From a bacterium BMS3Bbin08 (lineage in GTDB: Bacteria; Nitrospirota; Thermodesulfovibrionia; UBA6902; BMS3Bbin08), in NCBI GenBank assembly GCA_002897775.1, contig BDTR01000042.1, positions 61,280 to 125,279 on the forward strand: a stretch of DNA of 64,000 nucleotides, written 5' to 3'. The notes beneath the pieces are model-generated. The model ran no database searches and was not told the DNA's origin. It saw only the letters and a program-made list of their open reading frames with translations. This document shows positions 20,655 through 28,256 of this stretch, in pieces. A program made the translations under genes and the position numbers. Within the stretch, counting starts at the first letter, position 1, and the number at the start of each line of letters is the position of its first letter.

Positions 20655-21629
20655 ATGACAACTGAAACTAAGAAACAGCCGTTAAGATTAAAGGAGTTTG
20701 CAAAGAAGCCTGACCGGTTCGTTCACGGCCACAGGATGTGCTCCGGATGCGGCGCTCCTATCATTGTTAAACAGGTGCTCATGGCAACTGACTATCCCAT
20801 TATCGCGTCCAATGCCACAGGATGCCTTGAGGTCTCCTCTTGCATTCAGGAGTACACCGCGTGGAAGATCCCCTGGATACACAGCGCGTTTGAGAACGCC
20901 GCGGCAACAATATCAGGCGTTGAGGCAATGTACAGGTCCCTTGTAAAACAGGGGAAAATAGATGACAGGCAGGTGAAGTTCATCGCATTCGGCGGAGACG
21001 GCGGCACGTATGATATCGGTTTCCAGAGCCTTTCCGGCGCAATGGAGCGCGGACATGACATGATGTATATATGCTATGACAACGGCGCCTACATGAACAC
21101 AGGCATTCAGCGCTCAAGCGCGACCCCGTTCGGCGCGAACACCACAACCTGCCCTGCGGGTGATGTTATACCCGGCAAGCCCCAGCACAGAAAAGACCTG
21201 ACAAGGATAATGGCTGCCCACGGTATCCCTTACGCGGCCCAGGCATCGCCAGGACACTGGATGGACCTGGTGAGAAAAGTGCAAAAGGCCTTTGAAATAA
21301 AAGGCCCAAAGTTCATGAATATTATCTCACCCTGCAACCGCGGGTGGAGAAGCAAAACAAATGACGCCATCGCTCTTTCCAAACTGGCAGTTCATACCTG
21401 TTACTGGCCTCTGTATGAGGTCGAGAACGGAGTCACAAGGATCACAGTTAAGCCTAAGGATAAGAAACCTATTACAGACTTCCTGAAACCCCAGGGCAGA
21501 TTCAAACACATGTTTGCGCCCGGAAAAGAATGGATGCTTAAGCAGGCTCAGGAATATGTAGACACTCAGTGGGAACGCCTTCAGCAGGAGGCCGCGTGCT
21601 GGGCAGAGGACACTGAAGAAAGCAAATAA
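20655..21629 (+). CDS. porB: Pyruvate:ferredoxin oxidoreductase beta subunit (TPP-binding)
   Basis: Cys ligands (C..C..C) and TPP-binding GDG...N motif (GGDGGTYDIG...YDNGAYMNTG). Confidence 0.9.
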   Translation: MTTETKKQPLRLKEFAKKPDRFVHGHRMCSGCGAPIIVKQVLMATDYPIIASNATGCLEVSSCIQEYTAWKIPWIHSAFENAAATISGVEAMYRSLVKQGKIDDRQVKFIAFGGDGGTYDIGFQSLSGAMERGHDMMYICYDNGAYMNTGIQRSSATPFGANTTTCPAGDVIPGKPQHRKDLTRIMAAHGIPYAAQASPGHWMDLVRKVQKAFEIKGPKFMNIISPCNRGWRSKTNDAIALSKLAVHTCYWPLYEVENGVTRITVKPKDKKPITDFLKPQGRFKHMFAPGKEWMLKQAQEYVDTQWERLQQEAACWAEDTEESK

Positions 21630-21654
21630 GTACAGCTGATCATTATTTATTAAA

Positions 21655-21707
21655 TAAAAAAAGCCCTTGGTTCGATATGCTCTTCATAAACCAAGGGCTT
21701 TTTTTAT
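21655..21707. terminator. Bidirectional rho-independent terminator shared by convergent porB and rhodanese genes
   Basis: A-run, perfect 12-bp stem AAGCCCTTGGTT/AACCAAGGGCTT, T-run. Confidence 0.55.
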
Positions 21708-21713
21708 ATTTAT

Positions 21714-22178
21714 CTAATAGCTATATCCCTTGGGATACACAGGATATCCCTCATATATCCAGCGCTTGAGACCGCCAAGCAGGGCATAGACACGGCTGTA
21801 TCCATGTTCGTACATTACAAGCGCCGCACGGACGCTTTTGTGCTCATTCGGTCACGTTCAATAAAAGATAATATCTTTGTCGCGGGGAAATTCCTTGATG
21901 CGGGCCTCTATCTCATTGACAGGAATCGAGCGAGCGCCGATTATGCGCCTGGCATTATACTCTGCAAAGGAGCGGACATCCACGATCATGATATCCTCAC
22001 CCTTGTACAGAAGGTCCATGACCTGTTTTGGGGTGATCCTGGGGACTTCAGGTTCTTTTTCCAGGACAGAAGGAGGAACGGGTTTCTGCGCTTCCTGTGC
22101 CAAGGCCAGGTTCCAGGCAGGAACCAGCAGGCACGTAACCAGGATAATAAGCTTTTTTAAGAAATTCATATCTCTCAT
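21714..22178 (-). CDS. Periplasmic single-domain rhodanese (sulfurtransferase) with two in-frame TGA codons in the catalytic loop: candidate selenoprotein or recently inactivated gene
   Basis: Signal peptide, then rhodanese N-half (IMIVDVRSFAEY...IPVNEI...DKDIIFY). ORF stops at TGA at 21858-21860, but the same frame continues Y-TGA-T-TGA-PNEHKSVRAALVMYEHGYSRVYALLGGLKRWIYEGYPV with clear rhodanese C-terminal homology to a TAG at 21714. Confidence 0.55.
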
Positions 22179-22238
22179 AGCGCTCTAAAATTATAACAGA
22201 CTGTGATGTGAAGTCAAGCAGGCCTGCCCTTGCCCTTA

Positions 22239-22268
22239 TTGAATTTAAGGGTGCTAATTCTTTATAAT
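22239..22268 (+). promoter_or_regulatory. Sigma-70-like promoter (TTGAAT-N18-TATAAT) upstream of tRNA-Asn
   Basis: TTGAAT at 22239-22244, TATAAT at 22263-22268, about 100 nt upstream of the tRNA 5' end. Confidence 0.4.
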
Positions 22269-22402
22269 GTATTGCTTAGTTCGTTATTTGTATTCCGGGC
22301 AGCCCAGCCATCACGAAAGGTCTGGCAGGTGGCTGTTCAGGATTTGTTCTTTGAAATCATTTTATATTCCCGGGTAGCTCAGCTGGCAGAGCAGGTGGCT
22401 GT

Positions 22403-23035
22403 GCGAGCTCCGACAAGTCGGAGCGAGCAGTGAATTTGCAATGTTTCGTCTTTAACAGTGGCGAGCAACGAAAAGCAGGTGACCCTTGGCTAAGCGTGAA
22501 ACTCGACGCTACGCAGACCGCAGACAGTACTTAATTAAGGCGGTTCATAAGCGCCGCAAGAAAATCCGCCAGATGGCCGTTGATTATAAAGGCGGATGTT
22601 GTGAAGTCTGCGGTTATGATCGTTGTATCGAGGCATTAGACTTTCACCACAATAATTCTTCCGGGAAAGACTTTAGCATCTCAGATAAAGGCTATACGAG
22701 AAGCTGGGCTAAAGTTCAGGAAGAATTAGATAAGTGTAAGTTGCTTTGTGCCAATTGTCACCGCGAAATTCATGCTCAAAGTGCAGCTTTCCCGAGAAAT
22801 CGGGATTGAAAAATCGGGTGAATTCAGGGAAGCCTAAATGGTGAGTTAATCGCACCGTATGGTAATCCTGAGCGAAGTCCGCTGAAGGGTACAAAGTAAG
22901 CGGAAACGTGCAGAGACTAAGGAGTGAGGAACCCAACCAATAAACTCCTATTAGCGCCCGATCCCTAAACCCCGCACAAAAGCGGGATATGGGAATGAGA
23001 TAGTCCAGGCCTTGTGGAAACATAAGGAGCTCTTG
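22403..23035 (+). mobile_element. Group I intron (ORF-containing) in tRNA-Asn
   Basis: 5' exon ends in U and intron ends in G (omega G). Conserved catalytic-core elements: R-like GTGCAGAGACTAAGG (about 22908-22922) and S-like GAGATAGTCC (about 23000-23010) forming P7. HNH ORF sits in a 5' peripheral loop. Confidence 0.7.
22486..22809 (+). CDS. HNH homing endonuclease encoded within the group I intron
   Basis: 107 aa; CCEVCGY...LDFHHNN...CKLLCANCHREIH = HNH (beta-beta-alpha metal) motif with flanking Cys zinc ligands. Confidence 0.8.
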   Translation: MAKRETRRYADRRQYLIKAVHKRRKKIRQMAVDYKGGCCEVCGYDRCIEALDFHHNNSSGKDFSISDKGYTRSWAKVQEELDKCKLLCANCHREIHAQSAAFPRNRD

Positions 23036-23085
23036 TAACCACCCTGTCGGGGGTTCGAATCCCTCCCCGGGAGCCAATAAAAAAA

Positions 23086-23117
23086 TCCCTCGCCTTTTAC
23101 GGCGGGGTTTTTTTATT
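23086..23117 (+). terminator. Rho-independent terminator after tRNA-Asn
   Basis: CCCTCGCC-TTTTA-CGGCGGGG followed by TTTTTTT. Confidence 0.5.
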
Positions 23118-23220
23118 CTATGTTTCAAGGGGGATTTGGATGAGAACCCGAGTGAGTTTACCCTGAGGCGTGAAACAACGAAGGGAATCCCTCTTTGAGA
23201 ATCCGATTAATTTTGCAATC

Positions 23221-23442
23221 ATGTGGTATTTATATATTATTCAAAAAAAAGATCGGTATTACACAGGGATCACTACAAACATTGAAAACCGCTTGCGCCA
23301 GCACGGAAACCAGCCGTTACTCTATATTGAAAACCATGAAAACAAATTCCAGGCAGCAAAGCGGGAAAGAGAGATCAAGGGCTGGTCAAAGCTAAAAAAA
23401 GAAGAGCTGATTGCAAAATTTAACAAGGTGAGTTTACCCTGA
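23221..23442 (+). CDS. Small GIY-YIG nuclease-domain protein (UPF0213/YhbQ-like)
   Basis: WYLYIIQKKDRYYTGITTNIENRLRQH...YIE...EIKGWSKLKKEELI = GIY-YIG core; ORF track starts at 23170 but M at 23221 fits the family. Confidence 0.65.
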   Translation: MWYLYIIQKKDRYYTGITTNIENRLRQHGNQPLLYIENHENKFQAAKREREIKGWSKLKKEELIAKFNKVSLP

Positions 23443-23482
23443 GGAGTGAAACGACGATGGGAACCCCGAGGGTGGTTTAGAC

Positions 23483-23881
23483 ATGCCATTACTAAGAGGA
23501 CATCACCTAATTTGTCTGCACTTCTTTAATGGCGAAGGATATGATGAGGCATTTATAAAAAACCTCAGGCATACGTTAAGCCAGGCAGACAAGGAGATGA
23601 TCACTATATCTTCCGGCGCTGATAATGTATGCGCTGGCTGTCTCCATCTTAAACAGAATAAATGCCAGTATGAAGACAATGCCGAAGAATTAATTAAGGA
23701 AATGGACGCAAAAGCCCTGGCGCTCCTCGGGCTTTTATGTAACGATCAGATCGGATGGGATACGCTTAAAAAAAGGATCCCGGAAATGTTTTCCGAATGG
23801 TTTAACTTGTACTGCAAGGAATGCAATTGGCGCGGGGCTTGTGAGAAGGATGAGTTTTTTCGGGAGTTGGCAGAGAAGTGA
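23483..23881 (+). CDS. DUF1284-like cysteine-rich protein
   Basis: 132 aa; N-terminus M.LLRGHHLICLHFFNGEGY and CAGC/CxxC pairs resemble DUF1284. Confidence 0.4.
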   Translation: MPLLRGHHLICLHFFNGEGYDEAFIKNLRHTLSQADKEMITISSGADNVCAGCLHLKQNKCQYEDNAEELIKEMDAKALALLGLLCNDQIGWDTLKKRIPEMFSEWFNLYCKECNWRGACEKDEFFRELAEK

Positions 23882-23969
23882 ATAGCGTCCCTGCCCTCTT
23901 TGAGCATTGTTCGAGATCAAACTTTTCCCCTGAAAATACGAACTTGCGCGGCTACTGTGATATTCTATT

Positions 23970-24233
23970 ATGATGGATATAAACTATATAACGATCATTG
24001 GCCTGCTTGCCGGGACATGTACGATCATCTCTTTTTTGCCCCAGGTTATTAAAACCGCCAAAACAAAAAAAACAAAAGACATTTCTTTGGCAATGTATGC
24101 TGTGCTTGCGGTGGGCCTGTTCATGTGGGTTATTTACGGCGTATTATTAAACAGTTATCCAATAATTCTTGCGAACTCGGTCAGTTTTATTCTTGCTGTA
24201 ACTATATTAGTCCTTAAGATCAGATACGGATAA
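23970..24233 (+). CDS. SemiSWEET (PQ-loop, 3-TM) sugar transporter
   Basis: 87 aa, three TM helices, PQ motif FLPQVIKTAKTKKTKDIS in loop 1. Confidence 0.65.
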   Translation: MMDINYITIIGLLAGTCTIISFLPQVIKTAKTKKTKDISLAMYAVLAVGLFMWVIYGVLLNSYPIILANSVSFILAVTILVLKIRYG

Positions 24234-24393
24234 TCGGAATGGTGAGTTTACCCGCCTATCAGTGTGGCGGGCCTGCCGTATTTTAATGGTGAGCCTGGAT
24301 GCTACTGAAGCATAGTCGAACCGGAATGATGAGCTTGTCGAACCACCCCTCATACCCCTCAACCTCCTACCAAATCTACAAAAACAGCCCCAA

Positions 24394-24416
24394 CTATGGA
24401 AGTCCGACTTCCATAG
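24394..24416. repeat. Palindrome CTATGGAAGTCCGACTTCCATAG in 550-bp noncoding region
   Basis: Perfect 23-bp palindrome; larger relative at 24575-24615 (TATGAATAATTATGGAAGTCCGACTTCTATAATTATTCATA). Confidence 0.7.
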
Positions 24417-24732
24417 TTTTCCCCCGATATTACTCCTAACTATTTGTTTTATAAATAAATTTTGAGATTAAGAGTTGTAAACTCCTCCTATCCAGAAGGC
24501 TCGCAAAATAGCGTAACAGTGAATAATCATTCGACAACTCATTGAAAATAAAGAATAATATCTCCATTACCCAACTATGAATAATTATGGAAGTCCGACT
24601 TCTATAATTATTCATACGGATAAATCTTCAAACCACGCCTAGGGCGGATGAACTTCACTTAACCCTCACTCTACTCAAAACTCCACCCCAAACTCCTTAC
24701 CAAAACGACAAAAATGTTATAATCTACTTTTT

Positions 24733-24778
24733 TGCCCTGCCTGCCCCGTGGTCCAAGTCCATTTGGACTTTACGGGAA
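24733..24778 (+). repeat. Family X partial copy
   Basis: TGCCCTGCCTGCCCCGTGGTCCAAGTCCATTTGGACTTTACGGGA. Confidence 0.75.
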
Positions 24779-24790
24779 GGAACTATCGAT

Positions 24791-25720
24791 ATGGATCAAC
24801 TGCGTAAAAGCGTCAAAGACTTTGTAGCACTTGAGCGCCACATAACTGATGGCAGTTCCCAGCTTTTCCACAAGGTCGCTGCCGGCATGCATGACCTGTG
24901 CTTTTACATATTAGAGGCTGAAAAGAACGGCATGTCCCGCGAAAAGATAGACGAGATCATAAAACCTGCCAGGGACATCCACAGCCGCTCGGTCTTTGTT
25001 AAGCGCCTGCAGGAATGGCCCAGGGAATATCCCGGTGACTTTGAGACCATTGAATACATCTGTAACCTTGAGAACCTTTCGCAGTACGGAAAGATCGAAT
25101 ACTACATTGAGGATTACGCCCTTAATTCCGCGATGGCACAACAGCATAGAAACAAGATACAGCGCCAGTCTGAGATCATCTTAAATAAACTGTTAAACGG
25201 CAAGACCGAACAAAAGATCCTTTCAGTCGGGTGCGGGGGCTGCCGCGACATATTAAAGATCACAAAATTAATCTCTGATATCCAGTTCGACCTGGTCCTT
25301 TACGATATAGACAACGACGCCCTGGAACTGTCAAAGCAAAGGCTTAAAGACCTTAAGGCTAATATTCAGCCGATCAGCGGCAATTTCCTGCATTCACTCA
25401 GGATCATGGAAAAATCAGGGCCCTTTGACCTGATACTTGCCGGCGGCCTGTTTGATTATATATCTGACAAGCACATCTCTTTTTTCCTTAAATACGCGCT
25501 TAATAAACTTCTAAAACCGGACAGCATTCTGTTCTTTACAAACATCAAAAAAGACAACCCTTACAAGGTATGGCAGGAATACCTGGCTGACTGGAAACTT
25601 GTTTACAGGTGTGAAGAGGACATTCTTGCGCTTCTGGCGGCCGCTGGTTTTCCGGACAACGCGATCAAGCTTGAAAAGGATGAAACAGGGCTGACTTTTT
25701 TAGTAACAGTGAAGAAATAG
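24791..25720 (+). CDS. Class I SAM-dependent methyltransferase
   Basis: Motif I ILSVGCGGCRD, acidic beta2 end (VLYDID), post I-III blocks; no DNA-MTase (D/N)PPY motif. Confidence 0.7.
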   Translation: MDQLRKSVKDFVALERHITDGSSQLFHKVAAGMHDLCFYILEAEKNGMSREKIDEIIKPARDIHSRSVFVKRLQEWPREYPGDFETIEYICNLENLSQYGKIEYYIEDYALNSAMAQQHRNKIQRQSEIILNKLLNGKTEQKILSVGCGGCRDILKITKLISDIQFDLVLYDIDNDALELSKQRLKDLKANIQPISGNFLHSLRIMEKSGPFDLILAGGLFDYISDKHISFFLKYALNKLLKPDSILFFTNIKKDNPYKVWQEYLADWKLVYRCEEDILALLAAAGFPDNAIKLEKDETGLTFLVTVKK

Positions 25721-25734
25721 CAAAAGATCGCTGC

Positions 25735-26055
25735 TTACTGATCAACATCATCTTTTTTTAACTGCTCCAGATAATCCTCCCATTCGATCGGAAGAAGGTT
25801 TTTTTTCCTGTTGTTGCACTCCTTGCAGGAAGGCACGACATTGTTCTTTGTTGACCTGCCTCCCCTTATAAGCGGCACAACATGGTCCATGGTCAGGTCC
25901 CTGGGCAGTACTTCCCTTTTGCAGTAATAACACTTTCCTTTGGCGCGTTTCTGCTTCCACCACTGCGTTTTCCTGAGGTCCCGCGCCCTGTTCTTTTCCC
26001 TGCTGATCTGCTGATCATCAACAGCCGGCACAAATCGATCCATTCTCTTCCTCAT
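25735..26055 (-). CDS. Stand-alone HNH endonuclease
   Basis: CYYCKREV...DHVVPLIRGG...NNVVPSCKECNNRK = classic HNH with two CxxC pairs. Confidence 0.75.
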   Translation of the reverse strand: MRKRMDRFVPAVDDQQISREKNRARDLRKTQWWKQKRAKGKCYYCKREVLPRDLTMDHVVPLIRGGRSTKNNVVPSCKECNNRKKNLLPIEWEDYLEQLKKDDVDQ

Positions 26056-26078
26056 AGCAGATATATATTACTCCTCCC

Positions 26079-26109
26079 CCATCTATCGAGGTTGAACCTC
26101 GATAGATGG
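26079..26109. repeat. REP palindrome copy 1 (CATCTATCGAGGTTGAACCTCGATAGATG)
   Basis: Near-perfect 29-31 bp palindrome with TTGAA centre, immediately 3' of the RAYT gene. Confidence 0.85.
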
Positions 26110-26112
26110 GCC

Positions 26113-26853
26113 TTAATCAATAACCACATCCTGCATCAGCTCTTTATTCTGACTAAAAAACCTTTCTTTTAAAATACTTACAGCATCTTTCTTGTATTGC
26201 TTCTCTCCAGCAAACATATCAAGGAGATACTCCCTGTGGGTCACTGAAGGAAAATTAGCCTTTCCGATATAATCAGGAAAGCTGCTCCACCGATAGTCCT
26301 CCAAAGACTTTATTTTCCCCCGCCAATCTATCGAGGTTGAACCTCGATAGATGAGCTCCAGGGGGTTGAGATGGATATAATGGGGCAGATACTCAAAATG
26401 CTCCTGACTGATTATTAGTACCCCTTTAAATCTTCCCTGAAAAAGCCCGCCAACCCGCTTATATTTCTGATTGAAATACATGGTGTAACCAGTTCCTAGT
26501 TTCTGCATAAATCTTACAATCCCGTCTCTTGCCTTTTGTCTGATCAGCAAATGGAAATGGTTCGGCATAAGTGTAAAAACCAGGATTTCTACTAAGCGCT
26601 TCCTCGGCGGTCTTTCCTTTTTCAGAGCGCGGGTCGCGCGGAACTCAACATTCATACTGCGAGGATTAAAAAAATATCCGAAATTAGTAACAGGATTTTC
26701 ATCATTAAACTCATACAGGTTTTGTATAAATCGAAAATAATCATCGTCATCCATGAAAATCTTTCTTTTTTCAACTCCCCTGTTAAAGAGATGATAGACG
26801 TAATCATTTACAAATTGAGGTTTTCGCATTGCTTTAAATCTTACCACAGTCAT
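26113..26853 (-). CDS. IS200-like Y1 (HUH) transposase of the REP-associated tyrosine transposase (RAYT) type
   Basis: HUH motif MPNHFHLLI; catalytic Tyr region GTGYTMYFNQKYKRVGGLFQGRFK; flanked by palindromic REPs; start codon lies inside a REP. Confidence 0.8.
   Translation of the reverse strand: MTVVRFKAMRKPQFVNDYVYHLFNRGVEKRKIFMDDDDYFRFIQNLYEFNDENPVTNFGYFFNPRSMNVEFRATRALKKERPPRKRLVEILVFTLMPNHFHLLIRQKARDGIVRFMQKLGTGYTMYFNQKYKRVGGLFQGRFKGVLIISQEHFEYLPHYIHLNPLELIYRGSTSIDWRGKIKSLEDYRWSSFPDYIGKANFPSVTHREYLLDMFAGEKQYKKDAVSILKERFFSQNKELMQDVVID
26325..26353. repeat. REP palindrome copy 2, located in-frame inside the RAYT coding sequence
   Basis: Same palindrome (TTGAA centre) encodes LIYRGSTSIDWR within the transposase ORF. 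Confidence 0.8.
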
Positions 26854-26880
26854 CTATCGAGGTTCAACCTCGATAGATGG
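26851..26880. repeat. REP palindrome copy 3 (inverted centre TTCAA) overlapping RAYT start codon
   Basis: CATCTATCGAGGTTCAACCTCGATAGATGG; opposite orientation to copies 1-2. Confidence 0.85.
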
Positions 26881-26955
26881 ACCCGCCTTCCTCAATTATA
26901 TGTTCGGTTTTTTTGAGCGGAAATGTTAAAATTATGAACCAATCAAAGGAAAGGC

Positions 26956-27291
26956 TTGAGCGTGGAACGAAGGCAGCAGGATAGAAAGGTCCTAAGTTTA
27001 AAAGCAGAGCTTGTCTCAGGTAAACGCCGCTACTCCTGCTTTATAAAGAATTTAACCGCGGCAGGCGCGTATATTGAGACCGTTCCTTCATCAGTGCCAA
27101 TGGAGCTTTCTCCCCAGTCAAAGGTGGAACTGACATTTCAGACCTCCGCTGGAAAGGTACTGAACCTTCCGGGTGTAGTGAAGTGGTCAAGCGCTGACAG
27201 TAAATCAGTCAGCCGCTGCACAAACTGCCTTGGCATTGAGATCCTTGTACAGTCCTCAGGACTCAAAGAGTTCCTGAAGACCCTTCCGTAA
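26956..27291 (+). CDS. Stand-alone PilZ-domain (c-di-GMP binding) protein
   Basis: RRQQDRKV (RxxxR) and NLTAAGAYIE (D/NxSxxG) motifs. Confidence 0.6.
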   Translation: MSVERRQQDRKVLSLKAELVSGKRRYSCFIKNLTAAGAYIETVPSSVPMELSPQSKVELTFQTSAGKVLNLPGVVKWSSADSKSVSRCTNCLGIEILVQSSGLKEFLKTLP

Positions 27292-27434
27292 ATCATTCCG
27301 AATCAAGTGATATTGGCAAAGATCTCTTCCCTGTCCTGTACTGCATCAGGAGCCAGGGGTTGCGGCCTGGCCGCCCTGATCAGGTGTTCAAAGGGATAAT
27401 CTTGTTCGGGGATCAAGCCTCAGGAAGAACATCA

Positions 27435-28094
27435 TTAATCCGGCCATATCTGGGATCGGGTATAATCAACGGCTATTTCCGATTTCCCCTCAACGAGAAA
27501 ACCCACTCTCTTGCCAAAAAGGGATATATCCGAAACTCCATCGACATAATAATTGTTTATGTAAAAACGTATCTTACTGCCCAGTTTTTCCATCTTAAGA
27601 GTATTAAAGGAATCTTTCTGGAAAACCATTCTCCTTATCTTTCCGCCGGACAGCTCCTCTGAAATACCCTTTTGATACTTCTTAATCGAATAGGTCTCAT
27701 CTCCTATGATCTGAAACACATAACTATTGCTGGCATCACTGGCGCCCATCACAAATCCATAAGAGTGTTTACCTGAAGCCTTTACTGTTTTGATAGAAGT
27801 CTCTATTACGAACTCTCTGCCAAGTGGGAAATCCTGATAATACAGTATGAAGAGTTCACCTACCTCGCTTTTGTTCTCGATATAATACTTCCCGTTTTCT
27901 ATTCGCGCAGAAGCCATGGTTGTATTGAATATTTCCCAGTTATTGGCATTATTATCGAATTGTTCTTCGGTGCGCATGAACTTTTCTTCCTGAGGTCCGG
28001 AAGCTGCTTTTTCACTTGGAGATTCCGCATAAACTAATTGAATGTTTGAAACAAAAGTCGCAATCGCTAATAGAATAATAAATATATTTTTCAT
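27435..28094 (-). CDS. Secreted beta-rich domain protein, paralog of the C-terminal domain of the downstream PilZ/J-domain protein
   Basis: Signal peptide MKNIFIILLAIATFVSNIQLVYA; about 190-aa domain about 65% identical to residues about 540-734 of ORF 28257-30461; DNA-level similarity too. Confidence 0.5.
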   Translation of the reverse strand: MKNIFIILLAIATFVSNIQLVYAESPSEKAASGPQEEKFMRTEEQFDNNANNWEIFNTTMASARIENGKYYIENKSEVGELFILYYQDFPLGREFVIETSIKTVKASGKHSYGFVMGASDASNSYVFQIIGDETYSIKKYQKGISEELSGGKIRRMVFQKDSFNTLKMEKLGSKIRFYINNYYVDGVSDISLFGKRVGFLVEGKSEIAVDYTRSQIWPD

Positions 28095-28256
28095 AGCTGC
28101 TCCTTTCAGTACCAAAAAACTCTTAATTTCCCGAATACCATATTCGTCCAAATTCTATCTCAGGCATTCATGCCATGGGGTCAGAATGTCAGGACTTAAC
28201 CCAAATGTCAATAGTCAAGCCTGCCTACCGGCAGGCAGGTCTGACCCTGTTTTGTT

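Larger units (their letters stand above)
22368..23076 (+). tRNA. tRNA-Asn(GUU) interrupted by a group I intron between anticodon-loop positions 35 and 36
   Basis: Exon 1 at 22368-22402: acceptor TCCCGGG, D-arm GCTCAGCTGGCAGAGC, anticodon stem GGTGG, CTGT. Exon 2 at 23036-23076: TAA, CCACC, variable loop CTGTC, T-arm GGGGGTTCGAATCCCTC, CCCGGGA, discriminator G, CCA. Spliced anticodon loop CUGUUAA with G73, and overall close match to bacterial tRNA-Asn. Confidence 0.75.

Noticed and set aside
21804-22188. Plus-strand ORFs (118 and 103 aa) overlapping the rhodanese gene
   Set aside because: They lie opposite a gene with clear rhodanese homology and signal peptide and have R/F-rich nonsense composition.
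22709-23128. 139-aa minus-strand ORF across the 3' part of the intron and the tRNA 3' exon
   Set aside because: It overlaps the structured group I core and the tRNA exon on the opposite strand and has no recognisable domain. The HNH ORF on the plus strand explains the region.
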